Below, piece after piece: positions 21,674-33,830 of a stretch of DNA of 64,000 bases. The translations under genes were made by a program, and so were the position numbers. The DNA comes from Paramoeba atlantica (Eukaryota > Protista > Discosea), in contig CDRNVI010000038.1 in NCBI GenBank assembly GCA_977017575.1, positions 75,127 through 139,126 of the forward strand, given 5' to 3'. How positions within the stretch are numbered: position 1 is the stretch's first letter; each line of letters begins with the position of its first letter. The notes beneath the pieces are model-generated. The model ran no database searches. It was not told where the DNA came from and was given only the letters and a program-made list of their open reading frames with translations.

Positions 21674-22597
21674 TTGCTCATCATCCGATGGTAGAAAGGT
21701 AACAAAAATAAACTCTCAAAACTTAACAAGCATACACTTTCTATAAAGCTCACACTACTGTTCGAAACCAAGAATCCATATTCAAACACTATAATTAACT
21801 CATAAACAAGACGTCATGACTATAACCAAAGAAAACAAAGTAACCTTCCCATCACACAACTTCTCACCTCTCAGCTTGCGAACGGGTCACGCGGGGAGTG
21901 GTTTGGGGGTTGGTGGGTGGGGAAACTTTAATCGCGAATAAATCAAACAGACGCTAAAATGAATCAAAATCTCAAATTCAATGTCAAATATATATCATCA
22001 CTATATCATCTTTCGCCACTATATCATATTATATTTCGGGGACAATAATTCGGGGGGAGATTTGTTTCGGGGGGAAAACCCCCGGTAGGGGGCATCCTGA
22101 ATAATGACGCCCCATCTCCTTTGATCAATTCTTATCGTAAACTTTAAGAATTGCTCATCATCCGATGGTAGAAAGGTAACAAAAATAAACTCTCAAAACT
22201 TAACAAGCATACACTTTCTATAAAGCTCACACTACTGTTCGAAACCAAGAATCCATATTCAAACACTATAATTAACTCATAAACAAGACGTCATGACTAT
22301 AACCAAAGAAAACAAAGTAACCTTCCCATCACACAACTTCTCACCTCTCAGCTTGCGAACGGGTCACGCGGGGACCACCCATTCGCACGTACTCCAATCA
22401 CCCAATCGCTTGTATGGCAGATAAATCCGGTGCCTACTCCAGACGTACCTCCCATTACAAAACATTTTTATATATATATATATATATATACATTTTTATA
22501 TATATATATATATTTATATATAGAGATATAGATGTAATATGAACTATATGCTAGAACTACTTTTTTTTTTTTAATCTTATGTTGTCCAAAGTCTCTG

Positions 22598-25360
22598 CTA
22601 CAATCTACTATACGGATCCGCAGGGTTATCCTCAGAACGAATATACTGCGCTTGGACTGCGATACCTCTCTTCTGCAAATAATTCAACAACCTACGAAGC
22701 TCTTCCGTGATCCCATCCGAGCTTGATACTTTCCGATTGACTGCAGCAACGCAAGATGTATTATCCACAAACAGGTCTACACACGTTCCTTTCTCAAAAT
22801 GTTGCCCGTACTTTTCAAATGCCAATCGCACTGCGCGGGCCTCCGCTCTGTTTACTTCATACTCAAATTCCTGAGGCCACTGTGCACCTGTGCACAACAT
22901 CTGACCGTAGTCAAGATACAAAACTGCGCCCCACCACGTGGACGATGCGTCAGTACACAAAACATGCTGATGCGGAACTGTGTCCGGATGACACGGTGGA
23001 TCAACAGGAGATCGATGTAATAGAGCATCACGCCATTCCGTAAGAGTAACCCGCACAGGGGTCGGTAAAGGTACTTGCTGGTCAAGAAGAGACGGTTCTC
23101 TGTTCAGCCGATTAATTCTACGGCGTACAATTTTTAATTCGAGATGAAACTGTGGTAAATGCATACCCATCACCGCTGACGCAAAAATCATTCGACCCAA
23201 CGCTGACTCCAAAGAACCATACGTTGCTGTAGCAAAATCGTCCTGCGTTAGACGGCGCGTTAATTTTGGACCTAACGATACCTTTCCTAGGCCATGGTGA
23301 TACGTGATACCATTAAACGTGTAGGTCTGCGATGGAGGGGCTCCGGCATCCTTAAAACGCGCATTGACTTCCCTAGCCCGGTTGTCTACGAACCTGACGT
23401 ATTGTTCAGCGATCACTTCGCTCCCCGCAAAACGGATACCATCTATATAAACATCGGCATTATCTGAAGAAAACGCGGCATCCGCGGTACAAAATTGCTT
23501 ATCCCCTTCCAGCGTCGCTGTTAGTACATGCATTATTTCGGGTGCACACCGATGCCCCATAGGCATTACATTCATTTCAAACAAATCGCCTTTCGCATCC
23601 TTAAATCGAAACTTCTCTCTACATGTTAAAGGAATAACCACTTGCCAAAATCCACACGCTAAGTCGCGCTTCACCGCCGTTTGTTCTTTTACACGATGCA
23701 AATAGTACGCTGCATGCTTTAACTCAACATGAGGATGATACGTTTCCTTAATTCGCTCGTTGTCACCTTGCGTCCAAGCAATGAAACGCCGTCGCTCCGA
23801 CCCATCTTCGGCGGGCTCAACTACCGTAAAAGGAATTACCCAATCCCGAGACGGGCGCTTTGCAGCCTCGGCGGTAGTAACTCGTGTAATGAAGCCTTGG
23901 GCTTCCAACAATTCTACGTCACTAGCTGGTAAAAAAGATTTAAATTTCGGAGCGGGAGCTCGCTCATCGGGAACTTCTAACATCATTTTCCACGTCTGAT
24001 CAAAACGCATACGTTGCTCTTCGTTCATCATTCCTCGTAGTTTACGAATATCCATCTGTGGAATCCCACTTTTGATATGCAAAGGAAGACCAAAATCTTT
24101 CGTGGTCGCCACTTTAGACGTGCGACGCGTGCGTGTTATAGTATGTCTTACCTTTTCTGCTGGAACATCATCAATGTACTTGCTAAAAACAAGTTCCTCT
24201 TCTACCATATGTGCAGCTTTCTGGTCGCTTTCTGGGTCCCGAGGGCTAACGCCGTTGTCACTGGGTCGGAATTGTACCGGAGTAACGATTCGATTGACTG
24301 GTGCTTTGCGAGGTGCTGTACCTCGTCGAGACGGACGTTGCCGTCGGCAACCTGCTTTAACAACTGCGTAATGGCCCCACGCTTTGCCGAATGAGTCCCG
24401 TATCCGCTGCCGAGAATTTTGCGTATCTTCGAATCCGCCTCCGTCACCGTTGCGCGTGACATTGGTTGGAGGTGTCCGAGTTTGTGTATGTATAACGCCA
24501 GGCGATTTGTTCCCTCGCCCTCTACCACCGTATACATTGAGGGCCGATACGGGTTCAGACGGGACGTCTTTGTCTTCCGTCCCCACCAAATTACAATTCG
24601 CGTTGCGGATACCTCGTAAAAACGATCCCTGGTGAGCGTTGCTGTCTCCGTCCAACGGCTTGCCGCTTACCAACACAGCAGCAATGTATGTTTTTCGCTT
24701 GACGGTAGGTGGATCCATAACATGTTCAATTGCGTGGTGGTGAGGGGGGACATCTGTCGGAACGGCTCTGCCGCTCCCTCGGCCATGAGGGATTTGATGT
24801 AAAAACGCAGGGGATTGGTTTGCATGCCGGCCATGCTTAATATCGCCGCTACGCTCCGCGCGTAAGTCAACTTTCCCTGAATTTTGATCGGCATTTCGGC
24901 GATGAAAGTCACGGCGTGCAACGGAGTTATTGGAATTCCCTTCCAATTGCAGAATGTTGTTAGACGCTCCCACAGCCTGGCTCTGGCCTGCCACGTGGAG
25001 ACGCTCCACATCTCCGACATTGCGTCCAATGCAGTGCGTACTTCTGGTGTGAGCACATTCACTCCCATTAGCAACTTCATGAGGCTTAGTCGCGCTGGAG
25101 CGGTCTGTTGAAGACTCAAAGTACCGTTGTATAATTCTCCTGAGGTGATCAATCTCCCTTTTAAGTTCACCGAGTTGGGCGTATACTCCATGCTGCATAT
25201 TTTCCTTCTCTTCATCACTTGCGTAGAAATTACTGTAATTCGACGTTTGAATTTTATGACAGTACTGGCCGTTAGTGTGGGGTCGTTTCAAAGACTCTTG
25301 CTGCTTGAAGCAGGGCCAGCCACCCGCGCCCGAAAACCCTGCTGGAAACGTTTTGGGCAA
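22598..25360 (-). CDS. YR-3 reverse transcriptase + RNase H
   Basis: KRDLACGFWQV, MPMGH, YIDG; TDASSTWWG, EARAV, VDN, NPADPYSR. Confidence 0.9.
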   Translation of the reverse strand: MPKTFPAGFSGAGGWPCFKQQESLKRPHTNGQYCHKIQTSNYSNFYASDEEKENMQHGVYAQLGELKREIDHLRRIIQRYFESSTDRSSATKPHEVANGSECAHTRSTHCIGRNVGDVERLHVAGQSQAVGASNNILQLEGNSNNSVARRDFHRRNADQNSGKVDLRAERSGDIKHGRHANQSPAFLHQIPHGRGSGRAVPTDVPPHHHAIEHVMDPPTVKRKTYIAAVLVSGKPLDGDSNAHQGSFLRGIRNANCNLVGTEDKDVPSEPVSALNVYGGRGRGNKSPGVIHTQTRTPPTNVTRNGDGGGFEDTQNSRQRIRDSFGKAWGHYAVVKAGCRRQRPSRRGTAPRKAPVNRIVTPVQFRPSDNGVSPRDPESDQKAAHMVEEELVFSKYIDDVPAEKVRHTITRTRRTSKVATTKDFGLPLHIKSGIPQMDIRKLRGMMNEEQRMRFDQTWKMMLEVPDERAPAPKFKSFLPASDVELLEAQGFITRVTTAEAAKRPSRDWVIPFTVVEPAEDGSERRRFIAWTQGDNERIKETYHPHVELKHAAYYLHRVKEQTAVKRDLACGFWQVVIPLTCREKFRFKDAKGDLFEMNVMPMGHRCAPEIMHVLTATLEGDKQFCTADAAFSSDNADVYIDGIRFAGSEVIAEQYVRFVDNRAREVNARFKDAGAPPSQTYTFNGITYHHGLGKVSLGPKLTRRLTQDDFATATYGSLESALGRMIFASAVMGMHLPQFHLELKIVRRRINRLNREPSLLDQQVPLPTPVRVTLTEWRDALLHRSPVDPPCHPDTVPHQHVLCTDASSTWWGAVLYLDYGQMLCTGAQWPQEFEYEVNRAEARAVRLAFEKYGQHFEKGTCVDLFVDNTSCVAAVNRKVSSSDGITEELRRLLNYLQKRGIAVQAQYIRSEDNPADPYSRL
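24202..25218 (-). pseudogene. YR-3 tyrosine recombinase with one in-frame TAA (24667-24669)
   Basis: Read-through gives LLCW*AASRWTE...KTK...HSAKRGA...AKH..IESLLRY (R-K-H-R-H-Y catalytic set); overlaps the RT ORF in another frame. Confidence 0.8.
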
Positions 25361-26414
25361 TTACGCCACAAGTGCTCTGGGGATTGACACCCGAAACATA
25401 ATAACTTGCGTTGAGAGAAATTAGACGGACGCGGTTGGGCTTGACCATAACGTGCGGTAGAATAAACGTGAGCAGATGAATGAGCGACTGCGCGGGAGTG
25501 TTGCTTTTGACGTTCCACCAATTGTTCATTTACGTGGTGGTAAAACTTATCATTGGGCCGCACTTCTTTTTTCAGCTTCTGGTGAACCAATTCGACATCT
25601 ACCTGGCGAGCCTGCCAATACGCGTCGCGAAGAGTCTGAATGATTGCACGTCCCATTTCCAGATAGGGTCCTTCGTTCCAATTAGGGATGATCCGGGCAA
25701 AAAGAATCCACTTGAAGAAAACATTATTAAAAAATCGCTCCTGGCGTATGACGAATCCTCGATCCTGGTAATAATGATTTACACGGAGTCCATATTCCGG
25801 CGCGTCGCGGAGCTCACGCATCAAGTCTCTCGTTCGAAAGCCTCCATCATCGAAATAATTAATCCACGGACCAAAAGTAATAGGCTCATACGGATCTAAT
25901 GCGTTAGGATCAACTCCTTCCGGGATTTGTGCATTGGGATCGCTACTCAGTTGCGACGTTGGACATATTGGCCGTGCCCCCAGTTCTTCACGTAGCTCTT
26001 GGGTCGGAGGTTCATTTACATCCTGCGCTTCCTGAGCACTTAGGGGTCTTCGCCGAGACAACTTTCGTTGTTCAACGAGATTCACTTCAAAATAATCTAA
26101 GTCGGGGTGTGGAAACTCGTACTCCTTCGAAGGCTTATCTTCCCATACCCCCATAACTTTAAGCCCTCCTTACGTAACTTACCATATAACGTTTGTCGCT
26201 TGCCGGAAACATCATCCTTACGACGAAAGGTAGCCATCACATGGGCCGACGGATTATCTCCCTGCATACCTGTCAATGTTTCGCGGGCCATCGTGGCAAC
26301 TAAACTAAGCTCTTGCGGATTAAGCGGCTCGGTAGGCTCGAGCTGCTGCCCCGCCGGGGAAGAACTACGGGAAGATCGTAAGGTACGGGTATCCGGACCG
26401 TCGATGAGCGGCAT
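25288..26414 (-). CDS. YR-3 gag-like protein with CCHC zinc knuckle (frameshift between 26097..26414 and 25288..26154)
   Basis: CFGCQSPEHLWRNC knuckle near the C-terminus. Confidence 0.75.
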
Positions 26415-26646
26415 AAAGAAACTTTAATCGCGAATAAATCAAACAGACGCTAAAATGAATCAAAATCTCAAATTCAATGTCAAATATATATCATCACTAT
26501 ATCATCTTTCGCCACTATATCATATTATATTTAGGGGACAATAATTCGGGGGGAGATTTGTTTCGGGGGGAAAACCCCCGGTAGGGGGCATCCTGAATAA
26601 TGACGTCCCATCTCCTTTGATCAATTCTTATCGTAAACTTTAAGAA

Positions 26647-28045
26647 GAAAACCTTTGAAGGTGTTGTCGACCTTGTGACCTTGAACTCCGATATACTCCA
26701 TAGACAGCTTCGTTCTTACATTCCTGCGATTTATTGTAGCTACGGTACCTTTTGAAACACTCAACGTGGTTTGGCAATCAAAGCCCCAGGTCAGAAAACA
26801 TACATCACCAGTTTTGGCATTGCCAATGGCATTGGAAATTCCTTCCGACGTCATTGGGAAGTTGTGTCGTGGGTCCATCGCGCTCGGGACTTCAGAATCG
26901 GGCTTCCTACTTACTCCGGTTTCGCTGGATAGATTTTCGGAGTCGGGATCGATCGGGTGTGGGGAGTGGCATTCATGAAAAACATGGGACGTATTAGGAG
27001 ATTCGGTTTCGCTTTCGATGTCCTGTGGGATCGCGTGGGTATCAACTGGTAGCGGCGATGGGAGCCGATTTTCTTCTGCCGCGTTTTGCGCATGACCGGT
27101 AGTTTGTGGCGTCGCATTAACGTCTGCAGTTTCCGCGAAGATGTCAAAGGCGCGTACGTCGTGTACATAACCTTCCCCATTGTAGGTGTAGCCTCTACTC
27201 ATCATTTTCGTGTGAAATGCTTTGCGCTCGTGTGTCCAAGGAGATTCTCTTTGTGACTGAAGTGTTTCCGCAGGCTCGTTTCCGGTGTTGAAAACTGCTC
27301 CGATGGCTTGTGCGGCGACAGCGCACGTCTTCTTAATTCGGATACGCCATTTTCCTGTTTCTTTTGGCTCTCCTGACGACAGATCCGCGGGTGGTTGTTG
27401 CTCTGCGGACGGCAGCTGGGTCTCTTTGTTCGCAGGTGTTAGCGTTCGGTCTGTTCTATGTGTTATCTGTGGCGTGGGCGCCGACTGTGTAGGTTCCGAT
27501 TGTGGACGTGGAGGTTCCGGTTGTGGAGATGACGGTTCTCGCTGATCTCGCGCTGGCCCTGGGGAAGGAATGAGCGGTAGACGGGGTGGTGATGGCGATT
27601 TCGGCGCTTCGGAATCGGCCGAGGACATCTGCAGAGCTCTCGTTCGCGCTTTACGCGAGAATGCGTGCATGCTGGGACGTGGGGCGGGTGGAGACGAGGA
27701 CAGCACACCCGACGGAGGCGAAGTCGGTCCACATCGTGGAGGTGAAGGGTGCGAAGGAGATTGCACGTGGGGCGCAAATGGCAACTGTTGCGGAGGTGGT
27801 GGTGGCGGTGGCAGGGGCGATGGTGGTGGCGGCGATGGGGGCGGCGGTGAGGGCGGCGATGGGGGCGGCGGTGAGGGCGGCGATGGGGGCGGCGGTGAGG
27901 GCGGCGATGGGGGCGGCGGTGAGGGCGGCGATGGGGGCGGCGGTGGCGGGTCCTTTGGGAGCTTCTTGCGGCGCGTGGGGGGAAGCGATTGAACAACGGG
28001 AGCTACCCCCGTATTCTTCGCCATGGCACGCGTGAGCATGCCCAT
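26647..28045 (-). CDS. Family B polyprotein, 5' part (Pro-rich low-complexity N-terminus)
   Basis: MGMLTRAMAKNTGVAPVVQSLPPTRR start shared with families A and E; (PPPSP)n repeat; joined ORF is 4137 nt. Confidence 0.85.
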
Positions 28046-28073
28046 TTAATAAAATTTAATAAAAAGAGTCAAC

Positions 28074-28395
28074 AATTCCATTGTGAAGGCCTTCGAGAGA
28101 CTACACACGCTACTTATTGAAAAGCAGGTAAAAATGGCGAAACAAAAGTGTGTGTGGTTTGGTGGTCTAAACATGATACCGGTGCCTGACAAACTGAAGT
28201 CCGAAGGAGTCATAACTGCATCTAAAACAACCAAAACGCTCGGGGCATACATTGGCGATTCTTCCGCAGTAAGCCTGCAATTACAAGACAAGCTCAAAAA
28301 ATATTCTACGTGTTTCACAAAGATTTGTTGAAAGACAAGGACCTCTCACCACTAGTTCAAGTCTGCAGCGAAAAGGGCAATAATGACTGGCTCCA
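28074..28395 (+). pseudogene. Family F fragment 2 (end of RT, internal deletion near 28318)
   Basis: KAFERLH..KCVWFGG..TKTLGAYIG, then KDLLKD..CSEKGNNDWL; continues into fragment 3 as WLQAKSRY. Confidence 0.8.
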
Positions 28396-28496
28396 CATCT
28401 CTTTATTCCTGCTAAATCCCCATCGCACCTCGCAAGTCGTACCTTTGCCCCATTCTCTAATAATTTGTTGGACTTGGTCAGGGGCTTTTGCGAAAC
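28396..28496 (-). other. ~100-bp family C fragment attached beyond the poly(A) of A' (candidate 3' transduction)
   Basis: Translates FAKAPDQVQQIIREWGKGTTCEVRWGF, homologous to C1 FPKAPDRVLDIIKDWGKGSTCEIRWGF. Confidence 0.7.
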
Positions 28497-31400
28497 TTTT
28501 TTTTTTTTTTTTGGAGTAATCTCCCACAATAAAGCGGGAAGTTGAAATGTTGTCTTTTATCTATTATAAAGGTTTACATCAATCAATCAATCAAAACTTT
28601 CAGCTGTGTAGGTCTACGAATTGATAGAACCTAGCCATGCGGCCTTTGGTAGGCTGTCGCGTAATTGCGTGATATAGTCTCCTAAATTTCCTCTCGTATA
28701 TTTCTTTATAAGTATACTTATAAAGAAATCAACTTAATATGCACTTGCGTACATCCCAGTCTTGCCTTGCGAACTTCCCAGAAACTGGCGTAACTGGGCG
28801 TAGACTTCGTTTCCATTTAAGTCTCGGAGTAATAACTTGAAGTCCATCTCCACTGTCTTCCTATCCAACATGGCTGCATCCGCAAGTGCATGTATCAGAA
28901 ATCTTGTGTTCTGGTGGAGAGAACCGCAAGAAAAGATCGGAAGGCATTGAAACGCGAACTCTGGAATCATACCGGTTGTAACGTAGGTATCTTTCTTCCG
29001 TTTAATTACGTCTTGCATTAGTTTCACGCAAGTTTTAGATTGGTTCGATGGCGCAAGCTCGTGTATTATAGACAACGGGGAAGTACTGATGCTGGAAAGT
29101 AAACGAAAGACAGGTCTGAATCAGGGACCCCGCTTAACTAAGACCCAATGTAAGCGACAAGGTTTCAAAATAGAACAATCTCAAAGCCCAAAGTCAGTCA
29201 GCCCAAATACAATTATATTAGAAAAAGCGCGTTCGAATCATTCGCAAAAGAAGCGATTAAAAGATACAGGAGAGGAAGATACCCAAGTGACAAAAGGCGA
29301 AAAACACAACGAAAGTCGACAGAAGACTACGGAAATCAATAAGACAACGAAGACATTGTCAAGTTCGCGATCAACTACGGGCAATAAGAAAGTAAACGTG
29401 ACAGAGCATGAAAAGTGACCTTTCATACTAATGCTTATGCAAAAATGAATTTCACATAGGAGGTGCATTTAGTTCCAATATTTTTCTTTGTATCGTTGCA
29501 AGTTTCAGAAAAAGTGGATTGAACCGTTTGCTGTCGTGCTCACATCGGCAAGTGACTTATACAGCAGACGAAGGCTAAGTACTGAAGTGTCATAGGAATC
29601 GAATGATTAGGATACATAAAATAAAAAGTCTGTTTGTTTTCGAAAAAATTTCTGCAAGTTAGTTCCGCGCGGTTGGATTGAAAGGTTAAATGTTCAGGAG
29701 AAAATTGTAAATCCTTTAACTGGGCAAATTCTCCCAGTGTTGGTTGGTTGGATTATAGACACGTCGTAGAAGATTTCTCCGGTGCTCCAGAAAATGGCCA
29801 GATCCGGCCCCGATCGGTATAGCTGTCGACCGGTGCAACATTTTTCATGAGTCATTTTATTCTCGGGTTCGACCTTTCGGCTACACACACCACACCGCCA
29901 CGTACTGAAGGCTCGCGGCTCTTTTTCACACGGTATCCCCGCCTTATTCGCTAAGTCGAACAGGTATTTCACCAAGCTATTATGTTTTGTTGTGGCATTA
30001 AAACCGTAGCACTTCACGCATCCAGGTATGTGGTGTAGACCAGATTGACTGTTCAGTATTGTTTTGCACCCGGGGCATAACAGCTTCTCAGGTAGACGAT
30101 GATGGGCTATTCCTAACCGCGTCATAATGGCCATCTCGAAGTGTCGCGATGGGACGAATCTAGCGGCAGACGTTAACCAGTCGTAACTTCCCTTGCGAGT
30201 AGTGGCGCTCAGTATTTTGGAAATATTTGGATTCTGTCTCAGTCTCTCCAGTACTTCCTCATGCTCTAAGGCTGCGATCGTTTTGTCATCTGTCGGGGGC
30301 TTTCGGTTTTGACCTTCGTTGGCAAGCGCTATATGATTTTCCACTGATCCACTCTGAGCAGAAAAGGATTTTTGTCGCTCATATGAGGAATACAATGAAG
30401 CTTCATACGCTGCTGCGCGAATTTTACTGCAGGACGTCAAACCTAAACCTCCCTTTTTAGCTGGTAACCGAGCCATCTCGATCTGATTCGCCGTTAGGGA
30501 TCCAAGCCATGTGCTCAAAACGTCTTCAACTTTCTCATCAAAACAGTCAGCGATCTGCTCAGTGATGTCAGGCGGATGTACACGCACTGCGTACTGCATC
30601 TTCACGTTTATGCTGTGGGATAATAAACTGAGCGACACATTGTTAAGCCCCATGATCTTCAGCCGACTGAAAGCTAAGTTATGTTGTTCAAGTTGGCCCG
30701 TCAGCCTCTCCGCCACCGTTGTATTCTTGCCAATGAATGCTCCCAACACCTTTGTGGCTTCATTTTCGTTGATGACTCCCGCATTCTCGAGACATGGCGG
30801 AATCGCAATTTGGTTCCACCCGCCGAACCATACACATTTCTTGGCAGCAAGCTCTATAGATTGTTCCCTGACGATTTCTTGGAGTCTGCCGAATGCTTTT
30901 TCGATGTCGGAGGCATTCAGAGATGATATTGTGACGTCATCGATGTATGCGTGTAATTCCACGTTCGGAAATTCCTGGGCCAGCGTCTCTAAAATGGGTT
31001 GCATATAGATACAAAAATAAAGAGAAGCTAACGGCGATCCCTGCCTGAGTCCCGACGAACTTGGCACGACTCCAAACAATTTGTTTTCCGATCCGTAGAA
31101 TAGAAGTTCAGAGGTGCCAGAGTATTCGACCTGGAAGAATCTTTGAAATGGTCGCAACGCGCTAAAGGCGAAAACGTGCTTTGCTATTTCTTTCCTGCAT
31201 GGAGAATTAAACGCATTTTTAAAATCAATTGCGAGCATCGAATGACCTTTATTGTAACGCTCACGAAGTTTGTGGACTATTCGTTCGCATCCAGCCCAAG
31301 CAAATACTCCCTGTTGCATTGGAGTGAAGAGTGGTGCCAGAGTGTGTTCATACCGTTGCATGAGTACTATTCCAGCCAGTTTGTTGAGAACCTCGCCCAT

Positions 31401-33830
31401 TGCTACGGGACGCACTCCTCCGTCCCCCTTCGGTATGGCGACCAGCCGAGCCCGGTTTAGACGCTGAGTTACATCCTTCGAGAGAAAGCCGTTTAGAAGA
31501 TCGCATATCATGTGACACAAGCTTCCGCAGGACACCTCGTCATCGGTCATGAGGCGCACAATACCGTCAGTCATTCCCGTAGGCCCGGGGCTGACTCCTT
31601 TCGCCAGCCTTTTGGCAGCGCTACGTAGCTCTTCAGGTGTGACCCCAGCCAAGGTGGGCGCGTCTTCGGGTGCCTCAAAGTCACATGGTTTTTGAGGATG
31701 CAACTCTGTTAACTTGTCCAAAACCTCCTCGTCGGACAAATTGATTGATTTAAACTTTTGACTCAATGCTTTTGCCGCTTTAGACGCGCACCCTTCCAAA
31801 ACTAGTCTCTTTGCTTTGTTAATGGCACGTAAATCCTGGGCAGCATCGCTGTCAACCGTCGCCTTCGGAGTGAAAGGTTTACGTCTTTTGCTGCGTTTAT
31901 CCACATCTCGTATTGTCGCCAATGATAGTTTCATCGCTGACAATAGCCGATGCCAAATCTGGTTTCGTTGCGCAAAATCGACATTTGCGTAGTTCCGTAT
32001 AATATCCCGCAGTGTGGCGACGACGCACGGAATAAATTCTGGACTCACCGTTCGCATGGTTGGGATCGGGAGATGATCAATTCCCTCGTTTCCGCAAGTC
32101 AAATGCTCCGCTAGTTGATGATTTTCCATGAAAGAGTCTCGCCGTACGGTCTCGTCTATCGAGGGAGGGGCCTGGTGCCATAATATACGATAAACTCTTA
32201 CGGCTTCTTGTGGCGGAAGCGTTCCTTTGAATTCGTCGCCGACGCTGTACCCACGAACTCCTTGATACAACATAGATAATTTCCCCAGACCTCCACGTTT
32301 GCTGTGTGTCCGTGTGACTTTCCCGATCGATACGTTGATCTCGTCGTTGCGATCGAATGTCCACACAATGGTGCATTTTGTTCCCGCTTTGATCTGTTTA
32401 GATTGCTTCCATATCTCGTCCCCTGGTATCGGAAATTGGGTTTTAATATTGGTGGTTCCTTCCAAGCTCTCTGCCCATGCTTCGTCTATATGCCTCATAT
32501 CTTCCTCCGCTCCATTTTCTCCGATAAATCGAATTCGCTGCTGCGGAACACTCTTCTCGGCATTTGCTGGCTCACCGTGTACTATGTTGCTGATCCTTGC
32601 CATCTCGGTCAAACGTATTCCGTCTCCCGTGTTGTCGTCAATCAAGTTTGTTGGAGTTGTCAGTCTGGCATTTTCAATATTTCCTTGCACGTGATTAGTG
32701 GTTTCGTTCCCTATCTGCCTCACGTCGATCTGCTTAAGCAGGTCTTGTGGAGATTCGCAGTCGTGGTAGACAATGTCCTCTCGCGATGTGATTTCGTCAT
32801 CCCCCGAGGTTGTACCGCTGATCTTGGTGGGAGTAATCTCGCTAATTTTCTGCGGCGTTGCTCCCTTAGTTAGTCGCGTCACGTGGTCGTCCTTTCTTGC
32901 GTTGATACCACTTTTCCGGATGTTCTTGGGAGATTCCTCGTTCTTCTGATGTGTTGTGTGTGCCTCTGTATTCCTTCCGATTCTTGCCAAAATCTCCTCA
33001 TTAACTAAGTTGAGCTTCGGTCTGCGCTTCGGACGGTTCAGAAACTTTGGCTTTCGTGGGGCAGTATTGATCTCCCCTTCTATGTCTCTTACTCGGTTTT
33101 CTTCTGCTCGACTGTCTGGGGTCCGATTATTGCAGTTTTTGTTACTTCCTGGCGTTGTTGCTCCTGGCCTTGTTCCGCACATCTTTCCTTCCTCGTCCCT
33201 CTCTCGGTCCTTTCTCGATCCCACGTCGTCCGCAGTCGTCGCATTTCGTGTGGCCCGATTTCGGCTGAAGTTGATCAATTCGCGCGTAGATGATACGATT
33301 TTAATTTTTCTGGGTACTGGCAATGGCAGTGGCAACTGGTTATCCACTTTGGACTTCGAGTTTTCTTCCGTGGAAAGCGTCGCAAGCGGATGGCGACTCG
33401 GTGATTGTGACAAAGGCAGCGCGGCTGGAGGGGGAGAAGGCGCGGCGGGAGGAGAAGGCGGCGCTAAGGGGGGAGTAGAAGGTGGCGCGGCGGGAGGAGG
33501 GGAAGGCGATCGCGTCGTAGGGAACGACAGCGCGCGCGGCAGAGGAGGAGGCGACATTGGGAGCGGCAGCGCTGGAGGTGGTGATGGCGCACGCAGCGGA
33601 GTAGGAGGAGGTGACGGTAGAGGAATTGACGGCTCGCGCGGAGGCGGTGGAGGCGACGTCGGTGGAGGAGAAGCGTCCGACGATGGCGCCCGCCCTAAAG
33701 GGTATTTTTTCTTCCGGCGGGTAGGCGGCAGCGGCTGGACAACGGGAGCTACTCCCGTCTCCTTCGCGCGGCTCCGGGTGAACATGCCCATGAAGGGTGA
33801 GAGAATAAGAAAAGGAAAAAAGACAACAAG
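28497..33830 (-). mobile_element. Family A copy A', full length, interrupted by a 678-bp insertion
   Basis: T16 at 28497-28512; ORF 33791-29752 plus 29064-28734 gives 4371 nt in frame; only a handful of substitutions versus A1. Confidence 0.9.
29074..29751. mobile_element. Unclassified 678-bp insertion with 9-bp TSD
   Basis: attatagac at 29065-29073 and 29752-29760; no TIR or poly(A) seen; ends in (ttgg)3. Confidence 0.7.

Larger units (their letters stand above)
21674..26646 (-). mobile_element. YR-3: full-length tyrosine-recombinase retrotransposon with split direct repeats (A-ORFs-B-A-B)
   Basis: A repeats of 229 bp (26418-26646, 21922-22150); B repeats of 224 bp (22151-22374, 21674-21897); no TSD, shared GAA at both junctions and at the internal A/B junction. 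Confidence 0.9.
17724..28073 (-). mobile_element. Full-length CRE-like element family B with nested H1 and YR-3, inserted in F with 9-bp TSD
   Basis: TSD aattccatt at 17715-17723 and 28074-28082; poly(T) at ~17722-17741; removal restores the F frame ENTNSIVKAFERLH. Confidence 0.85.
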
